A stretch of DNA of 64,000 nt from assembly GCF_009914755.1 (NCBI RefSeq), contig NC_060941.1; one strand, written 5' to 3'. Source of the DNA: the human T2T-CHM13v2.0 reference genome, Homo sapiens. The position numbers and the translations under genes are program-made. Below are positions 26,462-39,988 of this stretch, in pieces; positions within the stretch are counted from its first letter, which is position 1, and each line of letters begins with the position of its first letter. The notes under the pieces are model-generated. The model searched no databases and had not been told where the DNA came from. It saw only the letters and a list, made by a program, of their open reading frames with translations.

Positions 26462-29394
26462 TGGCAGGACAGGCAGGTCTAGTGACAGGAGGCATAGGGG
26501 CCCCAGCCCCACCCCTCGCCCGCAGAGCCCAGATTTAGTTGCTCCCAGGTCTTCATGGGGCAGGTGGGACTGTGGCTCTAGGGGAAACCCCCTGTCCAGC
26601 TGGGGTTGTTCTCCCCACCCACCTTCCACCCAGTCTGCACCTGTCCTCACTCCCCCGGGCAGCTCTCCCACCAGGTCCTTCTGCCTGGGTGACGCGTGGC
26701 TGCTCCCAAGTTCTAAGACTCATTACTGGAATCACACCTCTCCCACATCTTCCAACACGCTTCACCCCCAACCCTACTTCCAGGGCGGGCTACTCCCTGC
26801 ACAATGGGAGATGCAGTGCTGGCACTGCCATCATTTGTCCCAGACCCATGCCCCTCCCCTCTCCTGCCCCATCCTGCGTCCTTGTCTAAGAAACCTCCAC
26901 TAGCAGCTGCTGCCTCTTCAGAGGCGAATCCCAGGCTGGAAGTATCCTAGCCAGGTCTGCCTGTGACGGCAGGGCCCACCCTCCCACCAGGCCTGGGAGG
27001 CGGTAGGTGCCACCTCAGAGAGGGCCTGGCTGGCCCCATGACAAGAACAAGAAGTGCTAACTGGTACCAGAGTCCCCAGATAGAGCTGCGAGGGCCCTCG
27101 CTGTGGGCGCGAGCTCCGGAGTAGCAGGCTGGATGGAGCATCCCTTCTACAGGGACACAGCCGCCTGCCAGCTGGGCCTAAAGTCTGGAGCTTGTCTCTG
27201 AAAGGGACCGTCTGCTGCCCTCGCTGCCCCACTGGAGCCCTCAGGGCCTCCTACAGTGCAGGTGGTCCTACTAGAGGGAAGCCATCCCCACCTGGCACCT
27301 CAGCGGCTTGGCAGTGACATGGCAGTGGGAGGGCTCTGAGGTTCCCACCCTGACAATGGTCAGGCTGCCCGTGCTCCCACTCCAACACTAAAAGCGGCTC
27401 CCTTAGGGGCTGAGCGTGGGTGCTCAGTGTTCACGCTATATCCCTTGGGCAATGTGGGGTTGGATGGGGCCCCCACTTCCATTCCCATGGAAGGAGGCCA
27501 GGTCCCCAGCCACCTCCCACTCAGCCATGCACGCACTTGCTGGGCTGGCCTCCTGGGAAACACAGGTGACTCGAATGAACTCTGCATTTTCAACGTGCCT
27601 TCTACTGCTTCAGGACCTGGGGGTCCCCCTGACCCTCACTGGCTTGCCCCCAGCCCTGGGCCTGGCCCCACCTGTCCTGGAGCCCAGAGCCCCTGGCCTG
27701 GAGCTGCCTCTCTGGGGTGGGTCTCAGGCCCCACCCCTCCCTCTTTTGAGTTCAGTGCCTTGCTCAGCCCCTCCCCTGTATCTCAGCGTCTTCAGACCTC
27801 TGACAGAGCGACGATGTAGGGTCTCCCGGGGCCCAAGGTGGTCTCAGGGTCAGGGGTGGGATTTGCAGGGAACTCGGGGAGCCCACGGGCTGCGCCACCT
27901 CTGCCCTGGCAGCTGAAGCCTGGGAGAGTCCCTGCGTGGTGTAATTGGCCTCAGCCCGCTTTCTCTGTGCCGTCGCACCTCAGTGTTTCTCATAGCTTGT
28001 CCCCACGTGTCACTTTCCATCCACGGGAAAAACAAATGCCCCTTCTCCATCTATCATTGCGACTTCCTCCCAGGAGGCCTCTCAGGTTGGGTAGAGCAGG
28101 GGCCTGCAGTGGTCAGGCCAAGAGCAAGGAAGACCTGGCTGCCCCACTGTGGCTGAAAACTCAAAACATCTGGAACTACCCTTCTCCAATTACGTTCCCT
28201 CTTGCTTAAAGACAAAGCTAATTAAATCATCCTGCCACCCGAGGCTCCAAACCAAATCTTGGACGCAAATTCATTAGCTTCATAAAGCCCAGGTTGATTT
28301 ATGTGACAGTCTGGAACCGCCCAGCCATGGAGTCGGTGGCCGTGTTCCCTGCCCTGGAGGGAACTGGCCAGCAGTGACCACATCGCTGATGCCAAGTGGG
28401 GACCCTCACCACTGCCGTTGTCTAGCTGCTTTGCTCCTCAGTGTCCTCCTGCTGTAAGTCAGATGAGGTCACCTTCCTCTCCATCGATGCCAGGCTTCTG
28501 CCGCTGACGGCCAATGGGGCTTGGGGCCAGGGGCAGAGAACCCCAACAGCAAGAGAGCCCCAGGTGATGCTGGCTCTCCACGTGCATCCGGCACGTTTCA
28601 CTGCAGCCATCATCAACTTGGCAAAGTAGGCAAGCTCAGCTTGTGGTTTCCATTTTGCAGATGGGCCCCCGGGGTCAGTGATGGGAAGAGCAGAAGAGGA
28701 TGCCAGCCCAGCCTGGCCCAGGAGCAGGTGTCGTTGTGGAGGAAAGCTTAAACTCAACAGCCTCTACCCAACATCTGCCACCTGCATGGCCCCAGATGCC
28801 CCCGGTGCAGGCCAGGTCAAGGTGGGAGTAAACTTTCTTTGCCTCCCTCCCCACAGAAGCACCAGACCCACCTGAGCCCCAGAGCCTCATGCCAGCAGCT
28901 CCTGGCTGTTCCTCACCTGAGGCTAGAGCAGCAGCTGCCAGCTTATAGATGGGGCGGATGGCAGGTGATAGACTGGGAAGCACTGCTGGGTGGTGGAGGT
29001 GGGCAGTGGCACCATGACGGGCCCCTAGCCACACAGCTGTCCTCACTACGGGGCAGGGAGCAGCCTCGGCAACAGGCAAAGGCCAGAGTCAGAGTGGTGG
29101 GGAGGACAGGGGCTGCTGCCCCGCTCCTGGAAAGCCACTGCAGAGGGGCAGTGGCTGGCAGTGCCAGGCCTGGGGGAAGTGGAAGCGTCCTGTCTGGGGG
29201 CAGATTCCCAAGCAAGGGTGACCCATGGTTAAGGGCCACTGGAAAGCTGGAGAGAGCTTGGGATCCCTTCCACCTGGGGCCAATGGTGTTGATTGCAGAC
29301 TGGAGGGGTAACCTCCGCTGAGGGTCATTATGTGCCAGGCATGGCATTGGGTACTTTCTGCATTGGGACCAGGCAGCCGGGCCTGCCATTTGAG

Positions 29395-29520
29395 GCAGCG
29401 AGCCTCCGTGACCTGTCCTCCCTCATTTGTAAAGTGGGGTAACAGCTATGTCACTGGCCAGTTGTGGGGATTAAAGTGCTGAGCTTAGTGCCCAGCCCAA
29501 AATGCTCAATAAAGCTATTC
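29395..29520 (+). mobile_element. MIR 3' part
   Basis: cctcatttgtaaagtgggg...gttgtggggattaaa...cttagtgcccagc...gctcaataaa follows the MIR consensus. Confidence 0.75.
29508..29513 (+). terminator. TMEM104 poly(A) signal AATAAA (second signal ATTAAA at 29470-29475)
   Basis: First canonical hexamer I found downstream of the TMEM104 stop. It lies inside a MIR 3' end. Confidence 0.75.
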
Positions 29521-30200
29521 AGTGATACCTGTTTCCCACATCACTCACCAGCCATAACTACTTGTAGCCAGGGACCCCTGACTCATTAGGACTCAAGACA
29601 CCTACCTGGTTTCATAGCCTTCTAATGAGTTGTCGCCGGGTTGCAATTCAGAAACAGAAAATTGGTCTGAATTCTCTGGAGTCTAGAGGGCTTTGGGGAT
29701 AGGGGTTGACTCTGGTTCCCCAGTCCCTTAGGAAACTTGAGGACAGTCCTCCCCTTTCAAAGAGCAGGACAGGCTAGGCTGGAGGGTCCTGGCTGAAGAC
29801 ATCAGCCTGCCCTTTTGCAAGCTCTGCCCTCCTCCCCCACACACACCTGGCTCCCTGCAGAAAGCTGGCTTGGACCACAAGCCGCTCAGCTAGACACAAG
29901 GAAAAACAGCTACAGCAGCAACAGAAGGGACCCCAGTTAGTAAGATTTTCCTGCTCTGAGGCCAGCCACAAGGGCCTCCCTCTTTCTGTACCTCACCCAA
30001 AGAAAAACAATGGTATTTGAGCATGTGGGTCGCCAGGCCCTTGTTTATGATGCTTTCACATCTATAGCCTTACTTCTCTCTCCTCTCCCCTGCCACGCTT
30101 TCTTTCCTTCCCTTGGTGGTGCAGGAAGCCAGGCCAAGCTAGTTCTGAACTCAGGATGCAGCCTTCCTGCTACCTGTCCCCCAGGACTCATATCCTCCTG

Positions 30201-30221
30201 CCCCCCCCCCCCCCCCCCCCC
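30201..30221. repeat. C21 homopolymer (G21 on the - strand)
   Basis: Direct count. Confidence 0.95.
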
Positions 30222-31813
30222 GCCACAAATATATGCCTAGAGAAGGAACAAGGCAGCCAGTGCCTGGCCCAGGAGCAGGAGCGGCCCTCCTCAGAGCCAG
30301 CAGCAGGCTCGGCTTCACATTGGAGGCTCAGCTCTTAATGATCTTTCCAGTTCTTGGTTATTAATGATCTTGGGCAGAGAGCAGAGCAGCCCTGTCCTCA
30401 CAGCTCCTCCAGGATGCCTCACCTGCCACAGCCTTCCTCCCAGGGCCAAAGGCAGACCCTGACTCTGGGAGGAGGAGGGGCTCGGTTCCAGGGGCTGGTG
30501 GCCAACAGTTAACCCTCTCACTACTAGTGGCTGCAACCAAGGTCAAGCTCCCTTCCAGAGTGCTGGCCTCCAGCACTCACCTAGACACACTCCCAGCCTG
30601 CTGTCCTGAACCTGGATCCAGCCCATAAAAACCCATAGGGTAGAGAGTGTGAAATTGTGTGGACAGGGCCACCCACTCTTGGGGTACTCTCCTACCAAGA
30701 ATGGAGGTGTATCTCCCCCTACCGTTTCAGCTGCCTTCACCCCTAAAACTAACCCAAAAAAAGTCCAGTTCTCATGGCCCCAACCCAAACAGTGGGGTCT
30801 TCAGAGACTAAAGAGGCAGCCTGGCTTCCTGGGAACCAGCAAGGAGCTACGGGGGAGGGCACTGGCAGAGACAGCCAGCACCGCCCCTCGCAGCTTCCTC
30901 TCTGTCACGTGGAATTAGCCTCTGGCCTGCCTCCACCCAACTTGTCAGGACAGCCAGGGCTTGGCCTTTACATCTTCAGCCGTTAGAAAAGGGTCTGACA
31001 GAATCAATAGTGCTCACTGTTTGTGGAACGGATAGAAGGAATGCCTGCTTGCTCCACAGTCATTGTAGGGGGGATAAGTGTGATTGCAGATGTGAAAACA
31101 TTGAAAATGGTAAGCACAAGCCATCTTTTCAGATGGGCCAGAGGCAAAGATGTGTGATAGAAAAAGGAAGTGGGCTAGAAGCCCCAGAGGGAGAAGAGGA
31201 TGAGACCGCAGGCAGATTCTCCCACCACAGGAGTCCTGGCACCAGCGAGGCCAAGCTGTGCCTGACCCTGGCAGCCACCTGCCCCAGGATTCCAGAGCCC
31301 AGGCAGTTCCGAGCCTCGTGTGTCAGCCACGGAGAGAATGCGGCCAGCCAGGGTTTAGCAAGCCTACAAGCTCCACACCTTTCTCTGCCTCTGCCTCTGC
31401 CACCATGGCACTGTCAGGCTCCCCAGGGCGTCCCTGGCAGGGCAGGACAGGACAGCCACTACCCCTGACACAAGCCTCCCTTTTCAAGGAGACTGAGGGA
31501 TGAACGCCATCCATCATCACCAGAGCCCCCGTGCTGAGCACACGTGTTACATCCAGTGCCAGGATGGGTGGGAGCTGGCCCTGAATACCAAGTGGCTTCT
31601 GCTGCCCAGAGCCCCCTCTCAGCCTCACCTCCTTCCCACATCCCTCCCAGACACTCCCAAGGCTCCGCCTCCCCAAGAGGGACCTGCCTACCTGCTTTAG
31701 GCAAACATCCCACCTGGGATACTCTCATGATGCCCTGTTGTCTATGGCCTGTGCTGTGCCCCTTCCAGAATGCAGAATGAAGCAGCCAGGACCAGTGTGT
31801 TGTAAAAGGTTGG

Positions 31814-31819
31814 TTTAAT
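31814..31819 (-). terminator. GRIN2C poly(A) signal ATTAAA
   Basis: tttaat on the + strand, ~390 nt past the GRIN2C stop. Confidence 0.7.
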
Positions 31820-32209
31820 GTCCCAGTGCTCTGATGAGAAGAAACTCTAGCCAGGTAGAGCAAGGATCGGGATGGCCCTGCCTCAACCACAAGTTCCAGC
31901 CTCCATGCCCACAGCAGCCATGACCAGTAACTGGCTAGCCCCAGGGAAGGGAGAGCCTCAGGAGTCTGACCCCCACAGCACACCCTCCTGGCAGAACTCT
32001 GCGTGAGAAGAGGACAGCAAAAGCCCAGCCCTCACCATGATTTGAGGCTACTGAGGTCACTGATGACCATGGAAGACATCATCTGTCACTGGGGTCCCAT
32101 GGCCAGGATTTCATGGTAGAAGCCAGAAAAGCCCAATCCTGCCTGCCGCTTAACCCTGACAGTGGCAGGCAGAGAATCCAGCTGGCTCGGAGCCTGAGTG
32201 GCTGATAAC

Positions 32210-33337
32210 TCACACTTCTGACTCCAGACTGGAGATCCGTCTCCAGGTGCAGGGTCCCGGGAAGCCTTGCGTCCCACGGGCTACCCTGCTGATCTCGTCC
32301 AGTCCCCCACTGTCTCTGTAGCCTGTGCCCAGCCCCAGAGTCCTGCCCCTGTGCCCCAGAGGCCCCCAGGCCCCGGAGAGCCAGGAGCCGTGGCTGGCAC
32401 AGGGTGGAAGGTGAGGACAGACAGCCCCCCAGCAAAATGGCAGGTGGGCGTGGGCGTGCAGGCAGACGTGCTGTCTGTGCTGCCAGGCGGGGGCCCCTGC
32501 CTGCTCGCCCTCCTGGCAGGCCTCCCGGTAGATCGGCAAGCACATCGACTGCGCCTGCGCCAAGCGCCTGCAGGCCGAGTGGCCGTCGGGGCGGGCGCAG
32601 GCGGGGCCGGTGCACCCAGCGGGCAGCGAGCTGGGCCGAGCGAAGGCCTCGGCCACGGAGCTGGGCAGGGAAGCGTGACGCGGGCGCGAGCCCCGGGCCC
32701 AGGCCGCGTGCAGCAGGGCCTCCCGCCGGGCCAGCTGCTCCGGACCGAGCAGCGGCAGGTCCTCCAGCTCCGGGGGCTCCGGGAAGAGCGGGAGGAAGGG
32801 GCGGCCGGATCGGTCGGCTCGAGGAAAGGAGCTGTAGTGACAGCGCGCGGGCGACAGGGGCCGCTCGGAGGCCGAGAGGTGCCTCCCGCAGTGCCCGGTC
32901 CGCACCGGCCACCGCGCCTCCCAGGCTGGGCGGCGCGACACTCGGGAGACGTCGGACAGGGGCGGCCCCGGCGTCGGGGGGCGGCCCGGGGGCTGCGGAG
33001 CCCTGCGCACAAGCGCCGCGCGACCCCCGTCTGGCGGTCCCCAGCCCGTGGGGCTCGGCTCTGGGGGCGGGTCGGGGGTGGGCAGGCATGGGCTGGGGCC
33101 AGACCGCGGGGTCGGGCAGGGGGACGGTGGGGGCGCACGGCGGCCGCCACCCCAATTCTCGATGGTGCGAGTGGCGCGGTCCAGGGAGCTGCTTACGCCC
33201 GCCGTGGTCACCATGTCGCGGGCTGCCTGCAGCATCTTGAGCACGCTGGCCTGGGCCGAGCTGGCCGTGAGGTCCGGGCTGGCCTGCCGCGGTGGGCTGG
33301 CGAGGCTCTGCACCCCGCTGAAGCAGCTGTAGATGCC
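32210..33337 (-). CDS. GRIN2C: GRIN2C exon 13 CDS: cytoplasmic tail (GIYSCFSG...RHASLP...[10 protein letters not shown])
   Basis: cag|GGC acceptor, 1128 nt. Contains the RHASLP 14-3-3/Akt motif and ends in the class I PDZ ligand ESEV. TGA at 32212-32210. Confidence 0.97.
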   Translation of the reverse strand, partial: GIYSCFSGVQSLASPPRQASPDLTASSAQASVLKMLQAARDMVTTAGVSSSLDRATRTIENWGGGRRAPPPSPCPTPRSGPSPCLPTPDPPPEPSPTGWGPPDGGRAALVRRAPQPPGRPPTPGPPLSDVSRVSRRPAWEARWPVRTGHCGRHLSASERPLSPARCHYSSFPRADRSGRPFLPLFPEPPELEDLPLLGPEQLARREALLHAAWARGSRPRHASLPSSVAEAFARPSSLPAGCTGPACARPDGHSACRRLAQAQSMCLPIYREACQEGEQAGAPAWQHRQHVCLHAHAHLPFCWGAVCPHLPPCASHGSWLSGAWGPLGHRGRTLGLGTGYRDSGGLDEISRVARGTQGFPGPCTWRRISSLESEV

Positions 33338-33658
33338 CTGGGCAGTAGGGAGACGACAGGCCGTAAGCAGCGCCCTCCGCTCAGGGACCCGCCACGATTG
33401 TCCCTGCCTGGTCCCAAGGCATCATCAGTCTTCTATAAGTCTCAGGAAGTAGCTAACTGTGAAGCATCTCCCATGCACCAGGCACTGTGCTTTGCAGATG
33501 AATGAGTGGTCTGAGCGCCCAGGTTGACTCATTCTCCTAATCACTCTAGCTAGCACCTGGCACATGAAGGTTCCAACCTGGGCACACCTGTGGGGGGGAC
33601 TCTGACCCTCTTCAACCCTGCCACCCTGGTGAGCCATGCCACTTCTCAGGACGTTGGC

Positions 33659-33956
<298 letters not shown>

Positions 33957-34059
33957 AGAACCTTGGTTTTACCTCTGGAAATGGGCCATGGCCAGCCCGG
34001 ACTTATCTGGGTAGGTGCCCTTAAAACTTTGGCCTGTGTGGGGAGGGGTGGGCACCCAC

Positions 34060-34292
34060 CCTGCTGAAAGCCAGCAGGAAGTCCAGCTGGGATGAGTTGG
34101 GCACCGAGTGGCGCAGCTTCCAGTAGACCAGGTGCTCCCAGGCGAAGACCAGCAGGGCCAGCCCCATGGCCACCAGCAGCATGTAGAAGACGCCTGCCAT
34201 GTTGTCGATGTCCAGCTTGCTGCTCATCACCTCGTTCTTCTCATTCTGGCAGATCCCTGAGAGCCACACTGTCTCCAGTTTCTGTGTCTCTC
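34060..34292 (-). CDS. GRIN2C: GRIN2C exon 12 (233 nt; end of S2, M4 helix [23 protein letters not shown])
   Basis: tccag|GA ... AGG|gtggg. GluN2 M4 signature. Confidence 0.97.
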
Positions 34293-34682
34293 CTGGAGTT
34301 GGGGGGTGTACACATCTGGCTCAGGAAACCCCCCTATAAGCAACCCCCTCACAAAGCTCACCACAAACCTGGAGTAAGAAGGGATCTGGGGCAGGGTGCC
34401 ACCCACTTCTTCCTCAAGCAGACCACATGGGGATCCAGCCTGGCTGGAGCAGGATGGTGGGGCGGGGAGTGGAGGGTCAGTGAGCAAGGAAATAGGAAAG
34501 CAGGGTGGAGGCTGGAGTGGGCAATGCTGGCCTTTGGGTCCTCCCCCTGTGCACCCCCAGTAAAGGCTTGTGATTGGGTAAATGTTAGCATTCATTCATT
34601 CACTCCTCTTCATATACTTATTAACCATCTACATGCCACTCACGGAGCTGGGCACACAGAGACAAAAGGCCTAGGCTCCTAA

Positions 34683-35368
<686 letters not shown>

Positions 35369-35678
35369 TAACAAGAATGGAACTCCTCCAAACACAAAGC
35401 TCTCTCTGGGTTTGGGGGCAGGCTGGGCTGGACCACTCACACATGTGGGACTGGGCAGATCCGTAATCTCAAGATGGCCATGGAGATACTATACTGAGCA
35501 AAGGAGGTGCTCATCTGGGAGAGATCTTGGGAGGGGTCTTAGGGAAGAAGAAAGGAGTTCAGCCACTCCACCCATCCCCACCCCCACCATGAGGCCTGAG
35601 CCCCTTCCTGTCTTCCTGCCCTTCAGGGACTCTCTAGCCCAGTTCCTGCTCCCGCCCTGCACACCTATCCCTTCCTCA

Positions 35679-36113
<435 letters not shown>

Positions 36114-36542
36114 CTAAACCACATGAGCCTGCTGGGCACCCCCGGGAGGGACCAATGGGCAGAGACTTGTCTGGTTCTCTTGGGTCCTGGATGGGGTGAG
36201 GACCCCTCCCACCCTCCTCTGCAGAGTGGCCAGGGGACTGTCTGTTCCCAGAAGACACACCACCCTTTCTGCCCACCCTCTCCGTGCTCCTAAGACTCAG
36301 AGAAGGTCCCAACCACCACCTCAGGCTGAGGCTGAACTTTGATTGGCACCACAGCTGTGTTCTGAGACACATGGTGGCCTTCCATTTTTGCCTCAAGCTC
36401 CACTCTGCCCCAAGACCTCTTCCCTCCACCCCACAGGAGTCCTGCAGGACAGCCCAGTCCCACTGTCCCCACATTGAGAGCTAAGGCTGGTCACTGGGGA
36501 GACACACGGATGAAGACAGCGGGTGCAGGGCTGGGGACCCAC

Positions 36543-36703
36543 CCCATCTTGAGGCTGGTGAGCGCGTCCTCCACCGAGCGCTGGTTGAACTTGACCATGT
36601 GGGTGTGCATGTCACGGTAGTTACTGCGGATGTTCCGCTCCGTGCTGCCGTTGGGCACCGTGCCGAAGCGGAAAGGTGGGTACTGATCTTGAGGCCGCTG
36701 AAA
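36543..36703 (-). CDS. GRIN2C: GRIN2C exon 10 (161 nt; [24 protein letters not shown]...)
   Basis: ctgcag|TTT ... GG|gtggg. GSTE glutamate-binding motif. Not shown in frame by the ORF track; read directly from the sequence. Confidence 0.96.
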
Positions 36704-37090
36704 CTGCAGGCGGAGGGCAGCAGCCAGTCACAACCCTTCCTCCAGCCTTCCAGGCACCAAAGCCCCAAACCCACCCCAGAGCCCAGCCCCAGTGTGGACT
36801 TGCATAGTCAGAGCAGAAGGTCTTAAAGGCTGTCCAGGCCACTCCTGTGTTTTCCAAATGGAGACTCTGAGGCCCAAGACAGGGAGAGACTTACCCAAGG
36901 CCTCTCAGCCGGTGGCCCTGAGCCATCTCTTGCCCCAGCCCCCAACCCCTTCTCAGCAGGCCCTGAAGCTTCTTCCTGCCCCAGCCTCCAGGTCAAATTC
37001 CCCAGACTCGACTGTCCAGGGCCTGCCCACTCACGGCCTGTCCCCACCCTCAGTGCCCCCCCCCACCCCCAGCAGCTATGGCCCCACAAC

Positions 37091-37320
37091 CTTCTTGTCA
37101 CTGAGGCCCGACACAGTGTCGATGTATTGCTCTTGGATCATGAAGGCGGCCAGGTTGGCCGTGTAGCTGGCGAGGAAGATGACAGCAAAGAAGGCCCAGA
37201 CCAGAACCATGATCTTGCTGGTGGTGCCCCGCGGGTTCTCGATGGGCACTGAGTTGTTGAAGACCAGCGCCCACAGCAGCCACACGGACTTGCCGATAGT
37301 GAAAGCTGGGCCCCCGGACT
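37091..37320 (-). CDS. GRIN2C: GRIN2C exon 9 (230 nt; M2 pore loop [10 protein letters not shown]3 SYTANLAAF)
   Basis: N-site and SYTANLAAF gating motif. AG/GT boundaries. Confidence 0.98.
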
Positions 37321-37634
37321 CTGGGGGCAAGAGGCGGGGGGATGCTGGAGCTCCTCCTGCCCACCATGAAAGGGCTCAGGGCTCAGCCCACCCGACTGCA
37401 CAGCTCCGGTCTCAGCCTGGCCTTGGGGGGGACGCGTCCTGGCCATTCCCTCGCCAGGTGAAGTGAGCTCACGTGTGTGTTTCTGTGTGTGTGTGTCATC
37501 TGACTGGCCCCCAGCATGTGCCATCCAAAAGCAAGGGACCTCCCAAAGGTATTCTCTGAAGGACCCGTTGCCCCTGAGCCCAGCCCTCAGGGTGCCCAGG
37601 CCCACCCCTCCTGCCGGGCCCAGGCAAGGCTTAC

Positions 37635-37760
37635 TCTTGCCTCTGGTGAGGTTCTGGTTGTAGCTGACAGGGCTGAAGTACTCGAACATGAAGACGGTGA
37701 TGGCCACCACAGTGAGGCACATGACAAACATCATCACCCACACTGCAGGGCTATATGGCT
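37635..37760 (-). CDS. GRIN2C: GRIN2C exon 8 (126 nt; M1 helix [14 protein letters not shown])
   Basis: ccccag|AG ... A|gtaag. M1 signature. Confidence 0.97.
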
Positions 37761-38214
37761 CTGGGGACAGAGGGAGGCAGCTCAGAGGCCTCGGCATGTT
37801 CCCTGCCCCAGGCCCAGAAGCACTGGGTGGAGACAGGTAGGTCCACGTGATCAAAGTAGGGGCCCACCAGCTCTGCGGACCCAGCCAAGGGGGCCTCTGA
37901 CTCAGAGCAGCAGAGCCCCAGGAGAGGCCCCCAAAAGAGGTCAGGCTCTCCAGCATCCTTGGTCTCCCCCCGCCCCCCACTTCCCTGGGACAGGTACAAG
38001 TCACCCACCCCAAGAAACGTTCCTTTGACTTCACAACCCCTGCCTGGCCCCACGTGGATGATCTGGTGGTTCTGCCTGGAATCAGAGCCCCTGAGGCCAA
38101 GTCTTACTCCTCATCCTACCAACATGGAAACCCACACCCAGGGAACTGGAGACATCCACCCCAGGCCTCAGACAAGACTGTTTCTGTCTCCTAGAGTAAG
38201 AAATCACTACTGCT

Positions 38215-38812
38215 GGCTGGGCTTGGTGGCTCTCGCCTGTAATCCCAGCACTTTGGGAGGACGAGACGGGCGGATCGTTCGAGACCAGCCTGGCCAACAT
38301 GGCGAAACCCTGTCTCTACTAAAAATACAAAAATTAGCCAGGCATGGTGACACATGCCTGTAGTCCCAGCTACTCAGGAGCCTGAGGCAAGAGAATCAGT
38401 TGAACCCAGGAGGCGGCAGTTGCAGTGAGCTGAGAGTGCACCACTGCACTCCAGCCTGGATGACAGAGCAAGACTCATTCTCAAAAAAAAAGGAAAGAAA
38501 AGAAATCACTACTATTGGCCAGGTGCAGTAGCTCACACCTGTAATCCCAGCATTTTGGGCGGCTGAGGCAGGTGGACTGCTTGAGTCCAGGAGTTTGGAG
38601 ACCAGCCTGGGCAACATAGTGAAAACCTGTCTCTACACAAAATACAAAAATTAGCCAGGTGTGGCGGCATGCACCTGTGGTCCCAGCTACTCAAGAGGCT
38701 GAGGTGGGAGGATCACTTGAGCCCAGGAGTTTCCAGGCTGTAGTGAGCCAAGATGGCACCACTGCAGTCCAGCCTGGGTGACAGAGGAACACCCTGTCTC
38801 AAAAAAAAAAAG
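38215..38812 (+). mobile_element. Two tandem Alus (38215-38499, TSD AAGAAATCACTACT; 38517-38812), GRIN2C intron 7
   Basis: Two Alu consensus matches. TSD at 38198-38211 and 38500-38513. Confidence 0.94.
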
Positions 38813-39419
38813 GAAGGAAAGAAGAAAGGAAGAGTGGGAAGGAGAGAGGGAGGGAGGGAGGGAAATCAATCCTGCCATGAGCACTTGCTATGCTATGAAG
38901 TGGTTTTTTTTTTCCTCTCTTCCGTGGCTGAGGAGCCTGCTCAGAGAGGTTCTGTGACTTGCCCGAGGCCACACAGCAGGACAGGGCAGAGCCGGGGTTT
39001 CCACTCCTGTCTGGCCAGCCTCAGCTCTTCCCCTGCCCCTCGCCTGTCTTCACAGCTCTCTGCCACCTCACACTTCATGTCCCACGTGGCCTCTGACAGG
39101 GAACTTTGGGAAGGCAAAGACTACGCTGTAGCCCCAGCACCCAGCATGGGACCTGGCTGCCCAACCAATGCCGGACTCCTCACCCAGGAAGCAACACACC
39201 TCTTCGCACACTACACTCGCTCCTCAACTCCCCACGGGCCTCCCCCACTCGTTCCACAGTCCTGGGCCATGGCCCATCCTGAGGCGAGCCTGCCTGCTGG
39301 ATTTTCCTGCCACTCACAGTGGCACCACGACCCATCCCACACCCCCAACCCCACCCTCACCTGGCAGCCATACCTAGAACCGAACACTGACTTCACTTCT
39401 CCTGTCTCCTTTCCACTCA

Positions 39420-39821
<402 letters not shown>

Positions 39822-39988
39822 TCATTCCCTCTGGGGCCCTCAGAGCTCAGCTTTCAGTACTGACCACCCCAGGAGTCATCATTGGTGACAGCCCATGCCC
39901 CCCTCTAGAGGGCATCTGAGAGCCACATGGGGCCTGGGCAGCAGGTGGGCAGGCAGGGCAGGTGAGGAGGGAGTGGGGTGGGGCCTAC

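Larger units (their letters stand above)
26462..29530 (+). other. TMEM104: TMEM104 3'UTR (approximate end)
   Basis: Runs from the stop codon to ATTAAA 29470-29475 and AATAAA 29508-29513. End inferred from the signal position. Confidence 0.7.

Noticed and set aside
25646-26671. 341-aa antisense ORF over the TMEM104 last exon
   Set aside because: Mirror frame produced by the high GC3 codon bias of the sense CDS.
27416-27916. 166-aa ORF in the TMEM104 3'UTR
   Set aside because: GTG start and low complexity. Its frame is not the one reached from the phase-1 upstream exon.
32267-33505. 412-aa antisense ORF over GRIN2C exon 13
   Set aside because: Antisense shadow of a GC-rich coding exon with no recognisable protein features.
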